The notes under the pieces were generated by a model. That model searched no databases, was not told where the DNA came from, and saw nothing but the letters and a program-made list of their open reading frames with translations. DNA of 64,000 nt, taken from positions 1,047,536 to 1,111,535 of the forward strand of contig CAJINV010000004.1 of NCBI GenBank assembly GCA_905178155.1, given 5' to 3'. Below, piece after piece: positions 44,806 through 56,535 of this stretch. Position 1 is the stretch's first letter, and each line of letters begins with the position of its first letter. The translations under genes were made by a program, and so were the position numbers. This DNA comes from Amoebophrya sp. A120 (taxonomy: Eukaryota; Protista; Dinoflagellata).

Positions 44806-47800
44806 TCACGTACTTTTCATTTCAGTTTCGTTTTTTATCAGGCAGTTCTCCAAAACAGCAATGCACACTTGATTCCATTCGGAGATTGCGTCGTCCTGCG
44901 CTTGCTTCCCTCTCGAACTCTGGTCCTTACTGCGGCCGGTTGTTCGGATGCCATTTTGTTGCAAAATTTGTTCTGTCCTTTTGATCATAACCTCGATAAA
45001 ATCCTGCAGTTTCTGTTTGAGCTCGTGTTCTTCTGTATCTTGTTTGAGTTCTTGGTAGTCGCGTTTGTCGTTAGTATCGCCCCAGTGCTGATGTTTATCG
45101 TCAGTAGCAGTCGGCCCACCGGTGGTTTTTGCAACCAGAGCTTCCATTAACTCGACTGGTGGTAGTGCGAGTGCCGTCGGGGAAGTAGTTGTACAACCTT
45201 CCTCCTCGTCTGGTATCGCTATTTGATCAGCGACTTCAGCCACCAGATCCAAAAACCGGGCCGGCGGACAGACCTTTTCATCTTCGGGGGCATGATCCTT
45301 GTTGCTGCTGTCGTGTGCCCCCTTAGTGGTCTCGGTGGTTATTTCTGCGCCCCCATGAAGATCAGAGTTGTTGTAGACCCCCATCATCGTCCACAGCACC
45401 GAGAAGAGCGGCCGCAGTACGTGCACGAACTTTTTCCACTTCGGTTTCTCCGCGAACTTCACGAAGTCCCGGTAATTCTGCTTCCCGTGGTTCCACCACG
45501 CCAGGCACAGTTGGTGTCGATCGAGCTGCTGGCGCGCGAACGGGAGTAAGATGCGCTGAATCGCTTCAGTCGTGCGAAACAGCACCGGAGAAAACAGCAA
45601 ATGCACCATGGACGGGTTCGAGGTAGTCAGCATCTTGCACGAGTGCCGTATGACAGTGCACAACTCCCCCTCCCCCTCATTCGTCATGCAAAATACCCAA
45701 TCCACCCTTTGCCACTTGGCACTGTGTGCATGACAAGTTCTGGTAGTCCAAATAGCACTATACTCTAGTGCAAATCTGTCATGCAAAACCGGCATTGTTG
45801 CTGATGCTTGTATTGCCGTTCATGCTATACAAATGAGGGGGAGGGGGAGTTGTGCACTGTCATATGCCGGATCTCCCAACCAGAAATCTCGATGTCGATG
45901 GCACTGCTACTGGAATTTGTTGTGGTAGACGTCGCTCCTGGTACAACTAGATGATCTGAAATCGTGCTACTAGACTCTTGATGTTCAGGAAAACTACTAC
46001 CAGTAGCTCCAGCGGACGTCGAGGACCACGCGGACCCGCAAGTGAACGATGGAAAGACCTTCCGAAATTTCTGGACCGGCTCCAGAAAGGAGAAATAGGC
46101 CTGGTGACTGTCATGCGCGAAAATTACATGCACGTCGTGGTCACTGGTTTCGGTTGCCGTACCAAGCAGCTGCGAACAGCAGGCGTAGCCCGCGTGGAGA
46201 ATTTTTATCTTCTCCTCTGCTTCGATTTGCGCAAGGATCTGCTGAATTTGCTCGCTTATTTCTTTGCCGGAACTGGATCGGGTGGGGTGCAACAACTGGA
46301 CCATGTTGCAGCTCTGCCTCCCGGACGTCGCATCCACTCCTTCTACAGGGAATGTGGTGGCTGATACTGGCGTCGGAATCACGCCAGGTTCCTGATCCAG
46401 CGACCTCGACGTAGTTCCAACGGTTTGAAGATGATGTTTCCCTTGTTCCGCAGGGGTTAAGTGAAGCGTGCCGCTTTGAAGATGTTCAACACTTTTAATA
46501 CCGCCGCGAACAGGCGGCGTGAAAGTAGTTCCGCTCGTACTAGGCAGAACAGCACCCACTATCATCTTCTCTCCGACCGTGCTCCCAGAAGATAATTCCC
46601 GTATTATAGACCGTGGAGAATCTTCTTCGAAAGAGTTCGCCGTTTCGGCAAACATACCTGTCATCAAATTATCCCGATGCTTGTCCGCCGTTTCCCGCAG
46701 GCGGACGGTGAAAAGCCAATCCGAGAGCTTTTTCACGTCCACTTCCGCGGGTAGGAGCTTTTTCATCTTCGTTACTTCCGCTTTTTCTTTCAATGCTGCG
46801 TACTTCTGCAGCGGCTCCCGCAAAAACCCTTCCGCCTCTTCCCGGCTTCTCGGCAAGCACCCGAGCCGACTCTGCATCACAAATTCGTGTTGTTTCCCCT
46901 CCAATTTCACCAGCGGCTCTTCTAAGTTTAGAATCCGCTGCAACTCAAAAATCTTGTGCCACGCATGGTAGAGAAGCTTGGAGACGCGTTTGGCGGCTTG
47001 CGTCTCTTGCTCGGACAGGTCCAAGGGGGACATAGTCATCTGGTGCGAGGGCGCCGCGGGGAGAACGCTGACGCCCTCTTGTCCACCTCCTGTAGTCTTT
47101 TGCGCCACACCGCCACGCTCTTTATTCCCATTCAGCTCCACAAACTTTCCGTCTTTATCTTCCTCTTCAGCCAGAAGAATTTCCGGCCACTCCGCCACCT
47201 CCTTCTTCGCCCGATACAGTCTTTCCCCAATGAAGCCAAGATACTGCGCCACGCTTCGTAGCGTCAGGAACATCCGCCGCTTTTGCACGAGTTCCACCCA
47301 GACGGAGCTCCCCTCGAAGTGCTTATGCAATGCAAAATTCGAAAAGCATAAGCATCGTACTTCTACTTGTTGTATGAATGATTGCATGGCAAATTTATTT
47401 TTCAAAAACAACAATGCAAAACTTCACTTGTCATGCTAGACCAGGTAGCAAGTTAGATTTCATCACGAGTGCAGTTTTACAGATGCAGATGCTTTGGCGC
47501 AGGATAGCGCTTCCGCGTGAACAACATCTCCAAGTTGCGTGGGTTCCCCTTGCAGAGCTCACACAAAAACGCTCCCAATTCCCGCCCCGTGTACTATGCA
47601 TTGCAAAAGTATCGTACTAGTATGAATTCATTGCAATACAAACTTTCTCAGCACGAGATTAACTTCTTGAGAAAGAAATTTGTAATGCATCAATGCGAGT
47701 ACTACGAGTACGATACTCATGCACAGGATATGTACTCCACCGTGCCGAATTTGTCGCTGGCAAACCCACCGGAGGCAGCCTGGTGGAACTGGAACTGCGT

Positions 47801-50043
47801 CGGGCCGGGAACCCGGGAGCAAAGGTCGCCGGAGCTGGCGAGAAAGATGATCGAGTAGTCTTCGTCGGAAGTCTTCGTGTGCAGGTCGTACAAAAAGGAA
47901 CCCGTTTGCGCCAGAAACACCAATTCCGCGTTCCGCGGCCACTTCGCCCGCAGTCGCGACGCCCAGGAGGCGGGCAGCGTGCCGTAGGTCAAGGGCAGGT
48001 AGTCGTGTAGTTCTTGCGGGGCGGAGGTCAGATTCAATTTCTTCAAAGCGCCGGGGCTGATCGGTGTAGTTGTACTCTTGGCGGCAAAGTTTTGGAAATC
48101 CCGGGCCCGAATCCGGTCCACCCAGTCGTCTAAGGCGACCGAGAGACTGTCGAGGGAGGTGATTTCCAACGTGGTTTTCATCTGCTTGTCCACCATTCTG
48201 TCAACGTCAACATTTTGGTCCTCTTGCACCTTCGACGCAAAATCAACCAGCAGTCCATCCTTCGACTTTGTTGCTGCCGTCATCAGGAAGGAAGCAAGCT
48301 CACGCATCTCCGCCTTTTCAAAAATCTCTGGCACCACGACATCAGAAGCTATACTGGGCGAATTACTGGGTGGTCCTTCAGTGGTTTCACCGCAGCAGAG
48401 GCGTGAAAAAGAATCCGGAAGCACACTTTTGTCGATCCCAAAAGCCGCACGCTGCGCCAAAGCGGTACACAGTGTAGTTTCCTCGGCGGAGAGAAATAGA
48501 TTGGCTGCAGTTGACGGCGGTTCTTTTGTTCGTGGGTGTAGTACTGCCTCTTCTAGTATAGGAGGCGCGGCTCCATCCCCTGCTCCCAGCTCGTTGGGCT
48601 TTCCGCCTTGCGTGCTCGGCTTTTTTTTATAATTGGCATTTACCTTTTCTCTCCCCTTGGAGTTCTTCGCCGACATCCATTTTCCCGCCTTCACCAGACT
48701 CAACAACGGCCCGGCGCACGCGCAGCGGTTATGGGATGCTCAAATGTTCTCACATTCATCAGCACTGTAGGTATACTTGGTTTATTGTCACGCCAAATCA
48801 CTACCACCGTCCACGCGATCGAGCTGCTTCGCATGACAAGAAGAACTCGATGCTGGGACTGGGCCTAACTAGTATAGGAATCCGCGCCAAACGCGTAATG
48901 CAATACGCGCACGCTCTCGTCCCCCTCCTCCCTCTCGCTTTTGCTATTCCTGCATGACCAAATTGTAATGTAACAGAGAGCAATTTCACATTTGAGAATC
49001 CCATAGCGGTAGCACTTGTGTTTCAGCAGCGCCTCTAGCACCGGAGGGGGACAAATGGTCTGAATGATCGGGAGAAAGTCGTCTGAGACGAACAGGGTCG
49101 TCGTACCAAAGATTTCTCCGGCAACTACATCTGTTTCGCGCGGACGGCTTGCAGCTGGTTCAAGAACGGTTGTGCCACCAGGCGACTTCTTGTTGGCAAA
49201 GTAATGTAATAGATCTGGGTCAAATCCTTCTTGATACTTAGATGCAGCCGCGACTTCTTGTTGCCCCCGCTCGCTGCCGGCCCGACTTCTCTTTATTTGC
49301 TTTTCTCGATCCGAACCTAATAAAAAAAACCTTTCGATACTCCAACGGTACAGCACCTCCAGCACGCCGGGATTGCCCTTCACCAGCAAGTGCGCAAACT
49401 GGGTTATGTCATGCCACGAGACGGAAACAAGCACTCGACGTGGTCCTCTCGATGATGTTGGAGAAGGAGTCTCCTGCAACTGCTTCGCAGAAGCCCTAGT
49501 AGTAGAATCTTTTTCAAGAGAAGCCACGTTTTTGATACCGCCTTCCTGTAGTTTTCGTCCACTTTCATCCTTTGTTCCGACCACCACTTCAGGGCTTGTT
49601 TTAGAGGAACAAGGGCCCTCGTCGTCCGCCTTCGGTGAAAAAATCTCGAAGACCTCCTGTCTCGGTTGCAACGTTGCCACTTGCTTCCCGCTTACGATCT
49701 CTTGGAGCTTGTCGAAAATCTGCAAACGCGCTTCAACTGGGGTTGAGCAGACGGCGATCACGTGGTGCGTCCTCGTGGATATTTCTGCTCTACCTGCAGG
49801 TGCAGGGCTCGATGTACTACAATCACCTCGTGCGTCGACGTGCGTGTTCTCAAGAACGGCGTTAGAAGAATTTCTTGCGCTTCCTGCTGGCAAAAAGCAC
49901 TGCGAATTGTAGCTCCCGCCCCCACCAGCGAGCGGGAAGATGTCCAATCCAGCGAAAAGCAAACGCGGAATTCGTGCTTGCAGCTCCTTCACGAGAGTTT
50001 CCACCTCCTGTGACGAGGAAAGTTGCTCCGGCGGAGTCGCCAT
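44806..50043 (-). CDS. ~1468 aa protein with tandem RlaP/YcgL-like (Pol-beta superfamily) nucleotidyltransferase domains; 4 introners
   Basis: Removing 831 nt leaves 1469 codons. Motifs LAQTGSFLYDLHTKTSDEDYSIIF...ELGAFLCELCKGNPRNLEMLF and CCSQLLGTATETSDHDVHVIF...SGWEIRH|SCKMLTTSNPSMVHLLFSPV are completed only across the introner junctions; a degenerate first repeat reads HDITQFAHLLVKGNPGVLEVL. Confidence 0.82.
45649..45864. mobile_element. TIR introner, family E
   Basis: Perfect 33-bp TIR tatgacagtgcacaactccccctccccctcatt; TSD tgccg. Confidence 0.95.
47324..47506. mobile_element. TIR introner, family C-like (decayed)
   Basis: tatgcaatgcaaaa...tttggcgcaggata; TSD gtgct/gcgct; removing 188 nt restores the frame. 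Confidence 0.8.
47595..47730. mobile_element. TIR introner, family C
   Basis: tatgcattgcaaaagtatcgtactagta...tacgagtacgatactcatgcacaggata; TSD tgtac. Confidence 0.92.
48730..49005. mobile_element. TIR introner, family B-like
   Basis: tatgggatgctcaaatgt...acatttgagaatcccata; TSD gcggt. Confidence 0.9.
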
Positions 50044-50623
50044 TTTCCTTTACTTTAACCAATCTAATTAGCGAAAAATTAATGATACGCACCAATCTGA
50101 TTACACGAAATTTCGTCCCTAGAGGTAGAGCTAGAGCTAGACTACAACGAACTACATAAATACATTTCTTCATATTTATACTACTTGATTTTTCACATCT
50201 CTCACGCTCCAAACTAATTCTCTCGTCTCTGGTGGATGCACGACTTGGCTTTTGGTTTTAGCAAGCCACGGGGGCCCAAACACAACTGGCTATTTACGGA
50301 AAAAAACGATGCGTGCTATAGCTATGGCCCACGAAGCCGGCGCGCGCTCTGCGCGCGCACGCATTTGGCTACCAGATTTATTACTTACGTGGCCGTAAAA
50401 TAAAACACGACTTCGTGTACTTTCACTGATTCTTTTTTTCCGACAAAAGTCAATTTATTTGTGACAACTCCAGTCGTCGATACGGATGGTTCTTGTAGTT
50501 TGTTGCTAGGCGATTGTACAGGTTTGAGAATCGATGACCTCACTTTGTGTGCAACGTAGTGTGAAGCAGAAGCGTTTTTTTATCTTTTTACCACATCATG
50601 CATATCAAATGAATTTGAATTCG

Positions 50624-51289
50624 TTAACTTCCTTTCCCCTGCTTCTCCTCGTCGTGCACGCACGTTGCAAAAACGCCGAATCTGGCCATATCATACATGA
50701 GTGCGTAGTCCACGAAGTAGCCGAAAAGCAGGCGGAAGTCCGGCCGCACAAAGTGCAACCCGAAATACATGGCGAACGGGTAGTAGAGTTTCACCACAAT
50801 CCAAAACAAAGCCAGCAAGTTCCGTTTTCGTGTGTAGTAGGCTGATGAACTACCACACAAAACCGCATGCAGCACCAACATCGGTAGGAAGACCAGACTG
50901 TGTTCCTGGTAAGCCAAAAGGGACGCCGCCATGGTGTCGCGTGTTTTCACAATGAAGGAACCTTGTACATCTGTCGTCGCTTGCGCCGCAATCAGGTGCA
51001 GATAGTACAGAAAGCCCCAAATTAACACCAAATCTATCGGGAAATGTTTGAGGAGGTTTCTTTTGGATACACCGAGGACACCGTCGGCGTGCATATTACG
51101 CCGGTCGCAAACACTGCTTGTTGCCGGCGCGGCGGGGGCATTTCTAATATTTTCGGCCCGGTAGAAGCCGAATAGCGCAATCCGGAAGCTGCCGTTGCGT
51201 CGAAGCAGTGAGGTCATGAAGAGGAAACAAAAGGCAGAGAGGGTGGTCAGGGAAAGACCCACCCGGATCAGGTTAAAAACAACACTCAT
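50624..51289 (-). CDS. 221 aa multi-pass membrane protein, unknown function
   Basis: ORF starting at ATG with 4-5 hydrophobic segments. Confidence 0.65.
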   Translation of the reverse strand: MSVVFNLIRVGLSLTTLSAFCFLFMTSLLRRNGSFRIALFGFYRAENIRNAPAAPATSSVCDRRNMHADGVLGVSKRNLLKHFPIDLVLIWGFLYYLHLIAAQATTDVQGSFIVKTRDTMAASLLAYQEHSLVFLPMLVLHAVLCGSSSAYYTRKRNLLALFWIVVKLYYPFAMYFGLHFVRPDFRLLFGYFVDYALMYDMARFGVFATCVHDEEKQGKGS

Positions 51290-51974
51290 ACTGCGGTTTG
51301 GTGTCAGTGGCTTACTTCTTCATAGAACAATTTCATAAGTAAAAAGGCAGAAAAAGATCTATCTATGAATAATAATCTAAGAGCTTTACGATACAAAAAT
51401 GCTGCTTGTTGGCAGTAAACATGTTGTATTAAACCAAAATCTTACAGTCTCTGTCTCATGATGATGATTATACTGAAAGACAAGCAAGCTTTCGATGAAG
51501 TCATCCTTTCTGAGTAAATATTCAATTTCAAATTCTTATGGCCAGCTACAGAAAATAAGCCAAGCAGCAGGGCGAGTAGCATCCTACTATTTGTCTCCCC
51601 CCGCCTCCAGCGCTATTGATGTGTCCAGAATATACTTTTTTTTTATTTATTGGATCCATCCAGAATTTACTTCACGTTGATCTCTTTCATATTCGTTCGT
51701 GCAAGAACTCACCGCTTTATTTCCATCGAGTGCCATAGCCATACTGTCATTTGATCTGAATCATCTTCGTTTCTTTATCGAGCGCACTACAGCGGGAAAA
51801 AAAATCTTATCATTCGCTTCAAAGTCAAGAGCCTGCCTCACGATGCAAGAAGTAGAACAGCAAAGGAACACACTTTCATAAAATTCGCTCGCCAAAACCG
51901 AAAACACAAACAGTAGGGGATGCTGCGCTCGTTCTTTTTCAACAGTTCATTTGAAACAGTCGCAATCCCCTTCT

Positions 51975-54900
51975 TTACGAACCAACGCCGTCAACAGGCA
52001 ACACGCTACCACTTTCCCCCTCGGCGGAGGCGATCGCGGCGTCTCTTCGGTCTTTCCGCATTTGGTCAATCTTTGCACACACCTCACTCATGCCCTTGGA
52101 CCGTGCGATCATGTAACCCGACTTACCGATTGGCGACTTTGCGTCCTTGATCAACGGCAAAAAAAGATCCATCTGGGTCTGGATGATACTTAGTGCCAGT
52201 GTTTCTTTTTGTCATACTGTTTTTTGTGCTCGAGAATGAAGGTCTCGTGTGGCTTACGGCTACGGGCCATATTAGCATGACAGATTGTAATATTGAGAGG
52301 GTTTTTCAATGGCTATGGTCCCGCATGAGAAATTATCCCCTCTTCCGCTTGGCGACAAGAAGTTGGCAACTACGCTTGCAGCAGTGGTCCATGACGGGAT
52401 AATTTTCTTTGTGTGAAGATCTGAAAGGCACATCATCAAAAGTTTCGTTTGCAGGAATTCCCAGACCCAGATGGATATATTTGCACTAGCATAACCTTGA
52501 AATTCGCCACGTCGCAGGTCGCGAGGTCGAAGGATTTGTGCGCCAGAATGGCGAAGCAGAGGCGTTTGAACCCGAGCTGCGCTGCGCGGGAGAAACAGGT
52601 CCGGCCAGACGAGTATCAAAATGAAAAATCCCCCCTCCCCATATCAAAGCGGATTTTTGTGCTGCTGATTTGTGGCCACAAATCAGCTCTGCATTGCAGG
52701 GAGGCACTGCGGCCAGATCCCCAAGCTAGGTAGGGGCGTATGGGTCTAGTTGTTCAGCATGGCAAACGGCTCCCCTCTAGGCCCAACAACGTGACAAATC
52801 GCCTCCATAATGGGGCGGAAGCTTCTGCCCTTGTCTTCTTGCAAGACAGATGTGATTTGTGACCTCAAATCCGCAACACAAATTTTTGGAAACATACCGT
52901 TTCAATATGGGGACGGGGGATTTTTCCTCTCTATAACGAGGTCTTCATGTTCATCATCGTTCTGTCCAGGCTATGCGTTGCAAAAGTACTGTCCTATCAT
53001 AGATAGGTGCCAATACAGATTTCACATGTACTAGACTTTTATTTTGAAAAGGAAATGCACAGTGGGTCGTGAAAAATGCAGGTTCTCCTATATCTACTTA
53101 TACTTTGCGGTTGTATTGCCAACATTTATTACACGAAGAATACAATACTTTTGCAGTGGATAAAGGTCCGGGCGCTGCAGAATCTCCAGCCCGAGGTCCT
53201 CGTTGGTTAAAACGGTCAAGCAGGTTTCCCCGTGTTTGTCGTTCCGGTTAAGTGCGAACGTGGACAAAAGGTAAAACTCGGTGGAAAATAAAACGTGGTC
53301 TTTCTGCTCCTGTCTAGCTCCTCGTCGACACACCTCAGAAGACACCACGACCTCGGGACCCACTTGGCACCGCACCAGATTGCTTTCGTTCTCGGTCTCC
53401 ACGACAATCTCAGTCACGATTACAGGGGGCTCCGTGGTTGTACTGCATCTACTACGTGAAGTTGTAGATGAAGAGGCCGCGGCGGCACCGTCGTACCAGA
53501 GGTTTCGGCAGAACAGTTGCCCCTTCTCCCCGTGCTCAACCCAGAAATCGGATGGGTGCAGTGTGCTGCTGTCGTCGAATGGTGGTACTGGAGGTGGCCC
53601 GCTGCTGCTAGAGCCGCCGCCCGTGTTGAAGTTTATCATCATGCCAATATTATCGGACGAGAACACAGGATGAGGACGAGAAGAACCTGCGACATCAGTC
53701 GTACCAGCGGTACTAGGATCATCTTCACGCCCCAACGAGGACGAGAGAGCTACAGCTTGTTCTGCTTCCTGTGCTCCCGCCGCCACCCCAGTTCTTCTTG
53801 TTGTACTTGTAGCAGGAGTTTTCTTCCTCCTCCTAACAACCCGCACGCGACGTCTTATCATCAGCCGGGCCAGGCTTGTGTCCTCGGCGCAGACAAATTG
53901 AAACAGACTGGATCCGGACTCCCGGTCGCAGTGGTTCACCATCAAAGGCGGCGTGAAACTGGACTCCAGGAAGGCCTGGAGCGTTGCGATGGCGGAAGAC
54001 CGCTTGACCCTGAATTGCGCCGGCGTAGAGGTGCGAGCGGAAAGAAACCCGGTGCGCCAGAGGTTCCAGAGGTACCGGTCGGAATAGTGCAACGACTGCT
54101 GCAGCTGCAGCTGCGCGTCCCGCGCCAAGATCTTTGCGTTCGCGAGTCTCTGGGCTTCTAGTGGATCATTTATTTTCACGCTACTTTTTTTTGACAAGGC
54201 AGTTACTTCACCTCCGTGGTGTTCCTTGTCCCCGGCCCCCGCAGATGCTGTTGTATTTGCATCGGGACGTTGAACAACTTCTGCTGGGTCTGTTGTTAGA
54301 TTATCGGCATTATGAAAATCTTCAGCTTCACGGAAGTTCATCAAGGCTGCTGGCGTGGTAGTGATACTGTTTAAATTCTCCGGATTTTGTTCCGCCTCCA
54401 GGATTTCGTGGGCCACCGCCACCATGCGGGCGTTGTAAGCCAGCTCGTTGGCCTGCACCAACCGCGCCTGGAAATCGGCAAATTTCCGCATTTCCCGCTG
54501 GTAGATCCAGGCCCGAAGAAAATCCACGCGCGACTCGAGCTCCAGTTTCTTCGCTGCGACGGCAGAGGTTGATGTTCCTGCAGTATTAACAAGCGGTCTT
54601 TGATGAAGAGGTGGCCCTGCTTTTGGCTCCACGATGGCCTGATAGATCCAGAGCCGGCTGTTTTTCCCGGGCGGCTTCCCATCAGGGTAAAACTCGTGCT
54701 GCTTGATCAGAAGCCTGTACTTCTTCTTCGAAGATTTATTATTTGGCGGAGGCAGGAAGTTACTACAAGCTCTAGCTCCCGCTGCATCTTTATTGCCACC
54801 TCTTCCAGGAGCTTTGCCTAACTGCGCCGCTACTGTGCTACCGTCCATGCTTGTAGAAGTTAACCTGTAGGCATCAGTTTTGGAACGACCGTCTCTCTTC

Positions 54901-56535
54901 GCCGCTTCGTGGAGCAGCTGCTCCTCCACCGCATCACGGGAGGTCCCAGCAACAGCATCTGGCTCTTGCATGAGTCCTCGTCGCTCCTCGAGCAGCCCGT
55001 GGTTCCTCCGGCCGCTTTTCTGCATCTCCCTGGCAGCCGTCTTTTTTGCCATCTTCAGCCAGGCGGCCTCTTGTTTCCTCCTCGAACCCGATGAAAAAAG
55101 CTGAGCTTTCTGCTGCTTGCTGTCTTGCGAGGGCTCGAGGTATTCGGGCACCGCAAGCAGGGAATGAAGAAAGTCACCGTCGAGATCTTGCACATAGTTT
55201 ATTCTATCCGGCGGCACAAAGGATGACGCGGTGGTGGACGTTGGACTAGGGCTTGGGCCGCGGGCGCGGCCCCCACCATGTAATATAGAAGAAGTTGGAG
55301 TACTACTAGAACTCGTACTAGTATACCAGCCAGGCGGCGCTAAATTTTTCACATCTTCCTTATCGTCCAGGTGTCTACGCGGCATTAGAACTGCTGGCGA
55401 AACTGGACCATAAACTTCGATGTAATCGCTCAAGTCCTCGCCCTCTTCGGCTTGCGTTTGTGTACTACCGTTTGTTTGCTCGTCCCGAAGCAATTCTAGA
55501 TCTTCGTCCGCTTGCCTTATTCTTATCGGACCGGCGCCGTCCCCCGGACCTCCCGCTGCAACTACAGGTGTTCTACCACTTTGCTCGTCAGTTCTGCTCG
55601 TTGAATCTTCATTATCCAGATCGGAGAGAAAGTCCTCCTCGCCCTTGAAGAAGTCTTCGTCGTCGCTATTGCAAGCAAATTCGTCGTCCTCGTCGAAATC
55701 TGCTAAACCTTCTTGATTTATCTCATAAAATCCTTTGCCCAGCGCGCCTCCTTCCCGCGGCGTGGAGTGGTCCTCCTCGTCCTGCTCTGTGGTACAAGCC
55801 CCCTCTGAGGAATAATTATCGCCACGGCCGATTTTTCCCTTCACAGGACGACTCTTCCTGGTCCCTACTCGTCGCTCGACCGCCTGTAATTCCTCGGGAA
55901 GGAAAATTTGTCCCGTTTCGCGATCTACCTCGAACAGAACGATCAGACACGCGGGAATCCCGTGCTGAATGTACAAAAGTCGCTCGAAGTCACACCGCTT
56001 CACCAGCAACTTCGTCTGGTTGTAATCGTTTAGGCCATGAAGTGATGTAGTTGCCGGTGTTCTTGTAGTGGAGTTCTGTTGCTCCGCCGTGGTGCTGGTC
56101 TGCAGCCGTTGCTTTCTCCGGACCACCAGATGACCCCAGACGCAGACCTATCCTTTGTAAAAACGTCCCCACCCCACAGCTGTCAGGCAAATCGGCATCG
56201 GTGAAAATGTCTCTCATGCGGAGCTCCATGAGAAGGAGCATTTTGTAGTCGCGCTTTGGATTTTGTACCGCTCCAATCAGCATGATATGCTGACGACCTG
56301 GCCAAACAGGATCACACTACGAGGCCAAACCTGTCATGCGCAACAGCCAACGCTTGCTGATTTGTCTTGCAGATTTACCAACTTGACTATGAGGTGGGTG
56401 CGTTTTTACATAGGATAAGACCGTAACGGGATTCCCCGCCAAATCCTCCAGATCGACGGCATAGCGCTCGGCCGATACGTCGTCGCGAAGATCAGCGGGA
56501 AAGGATGACGAAGGTTCTTCTTGTAGTAGCGGCAT
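51975..56535 (-). CDS. ~1137 aa protein with C-terminal ankyrin-like repeats and a possible N-terminal ubiquitin-like fold; 4 introners
   Basis: Removing 1147 nt leaves 1138 codons; the spliced C-terminus reads LNRNDKHGETCL...ILQRPDL|DRTMMNMKTS|SGRTCFSRAAQLGFKRLCFAIL...NFK|DAKSPIGKSGYMIARSKGMSEVCAKI. Confidence 0.75.
52149..52493. mobile_element. TIR introner, family A-like (decayed; GT-AG compatible)
   Basis: gatcaacggcaaaaaaagatccatctgggtctgg...ccagacccagatggatatatttgcactagcata; TSD tcctt/acctt. Confidence 0.8.
52614..52935. mobile_element. TIR introner, family E-like
   Basis: tatcaaaatgaaaaatccccctccccatat...atatggggacgggggatttttcctctctata; TSD acgag. Confidence 0.88.
52972..53162. mobile_element. 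TIR introner, family C (decayed)
   Basis: tatgcgttgcaaaagtactgt...acaatacttttgcagtggata; TSD caggc/aaggt (3/5 match); removing 196 nt restores the frame. Confidence 0.78.
56149..56417. mobile_element. TIR introner, family E-like
   Basis: tatcctttgtaaaaacg...cgtttttacataggata; TSD agacc. Confidence 0.88.
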
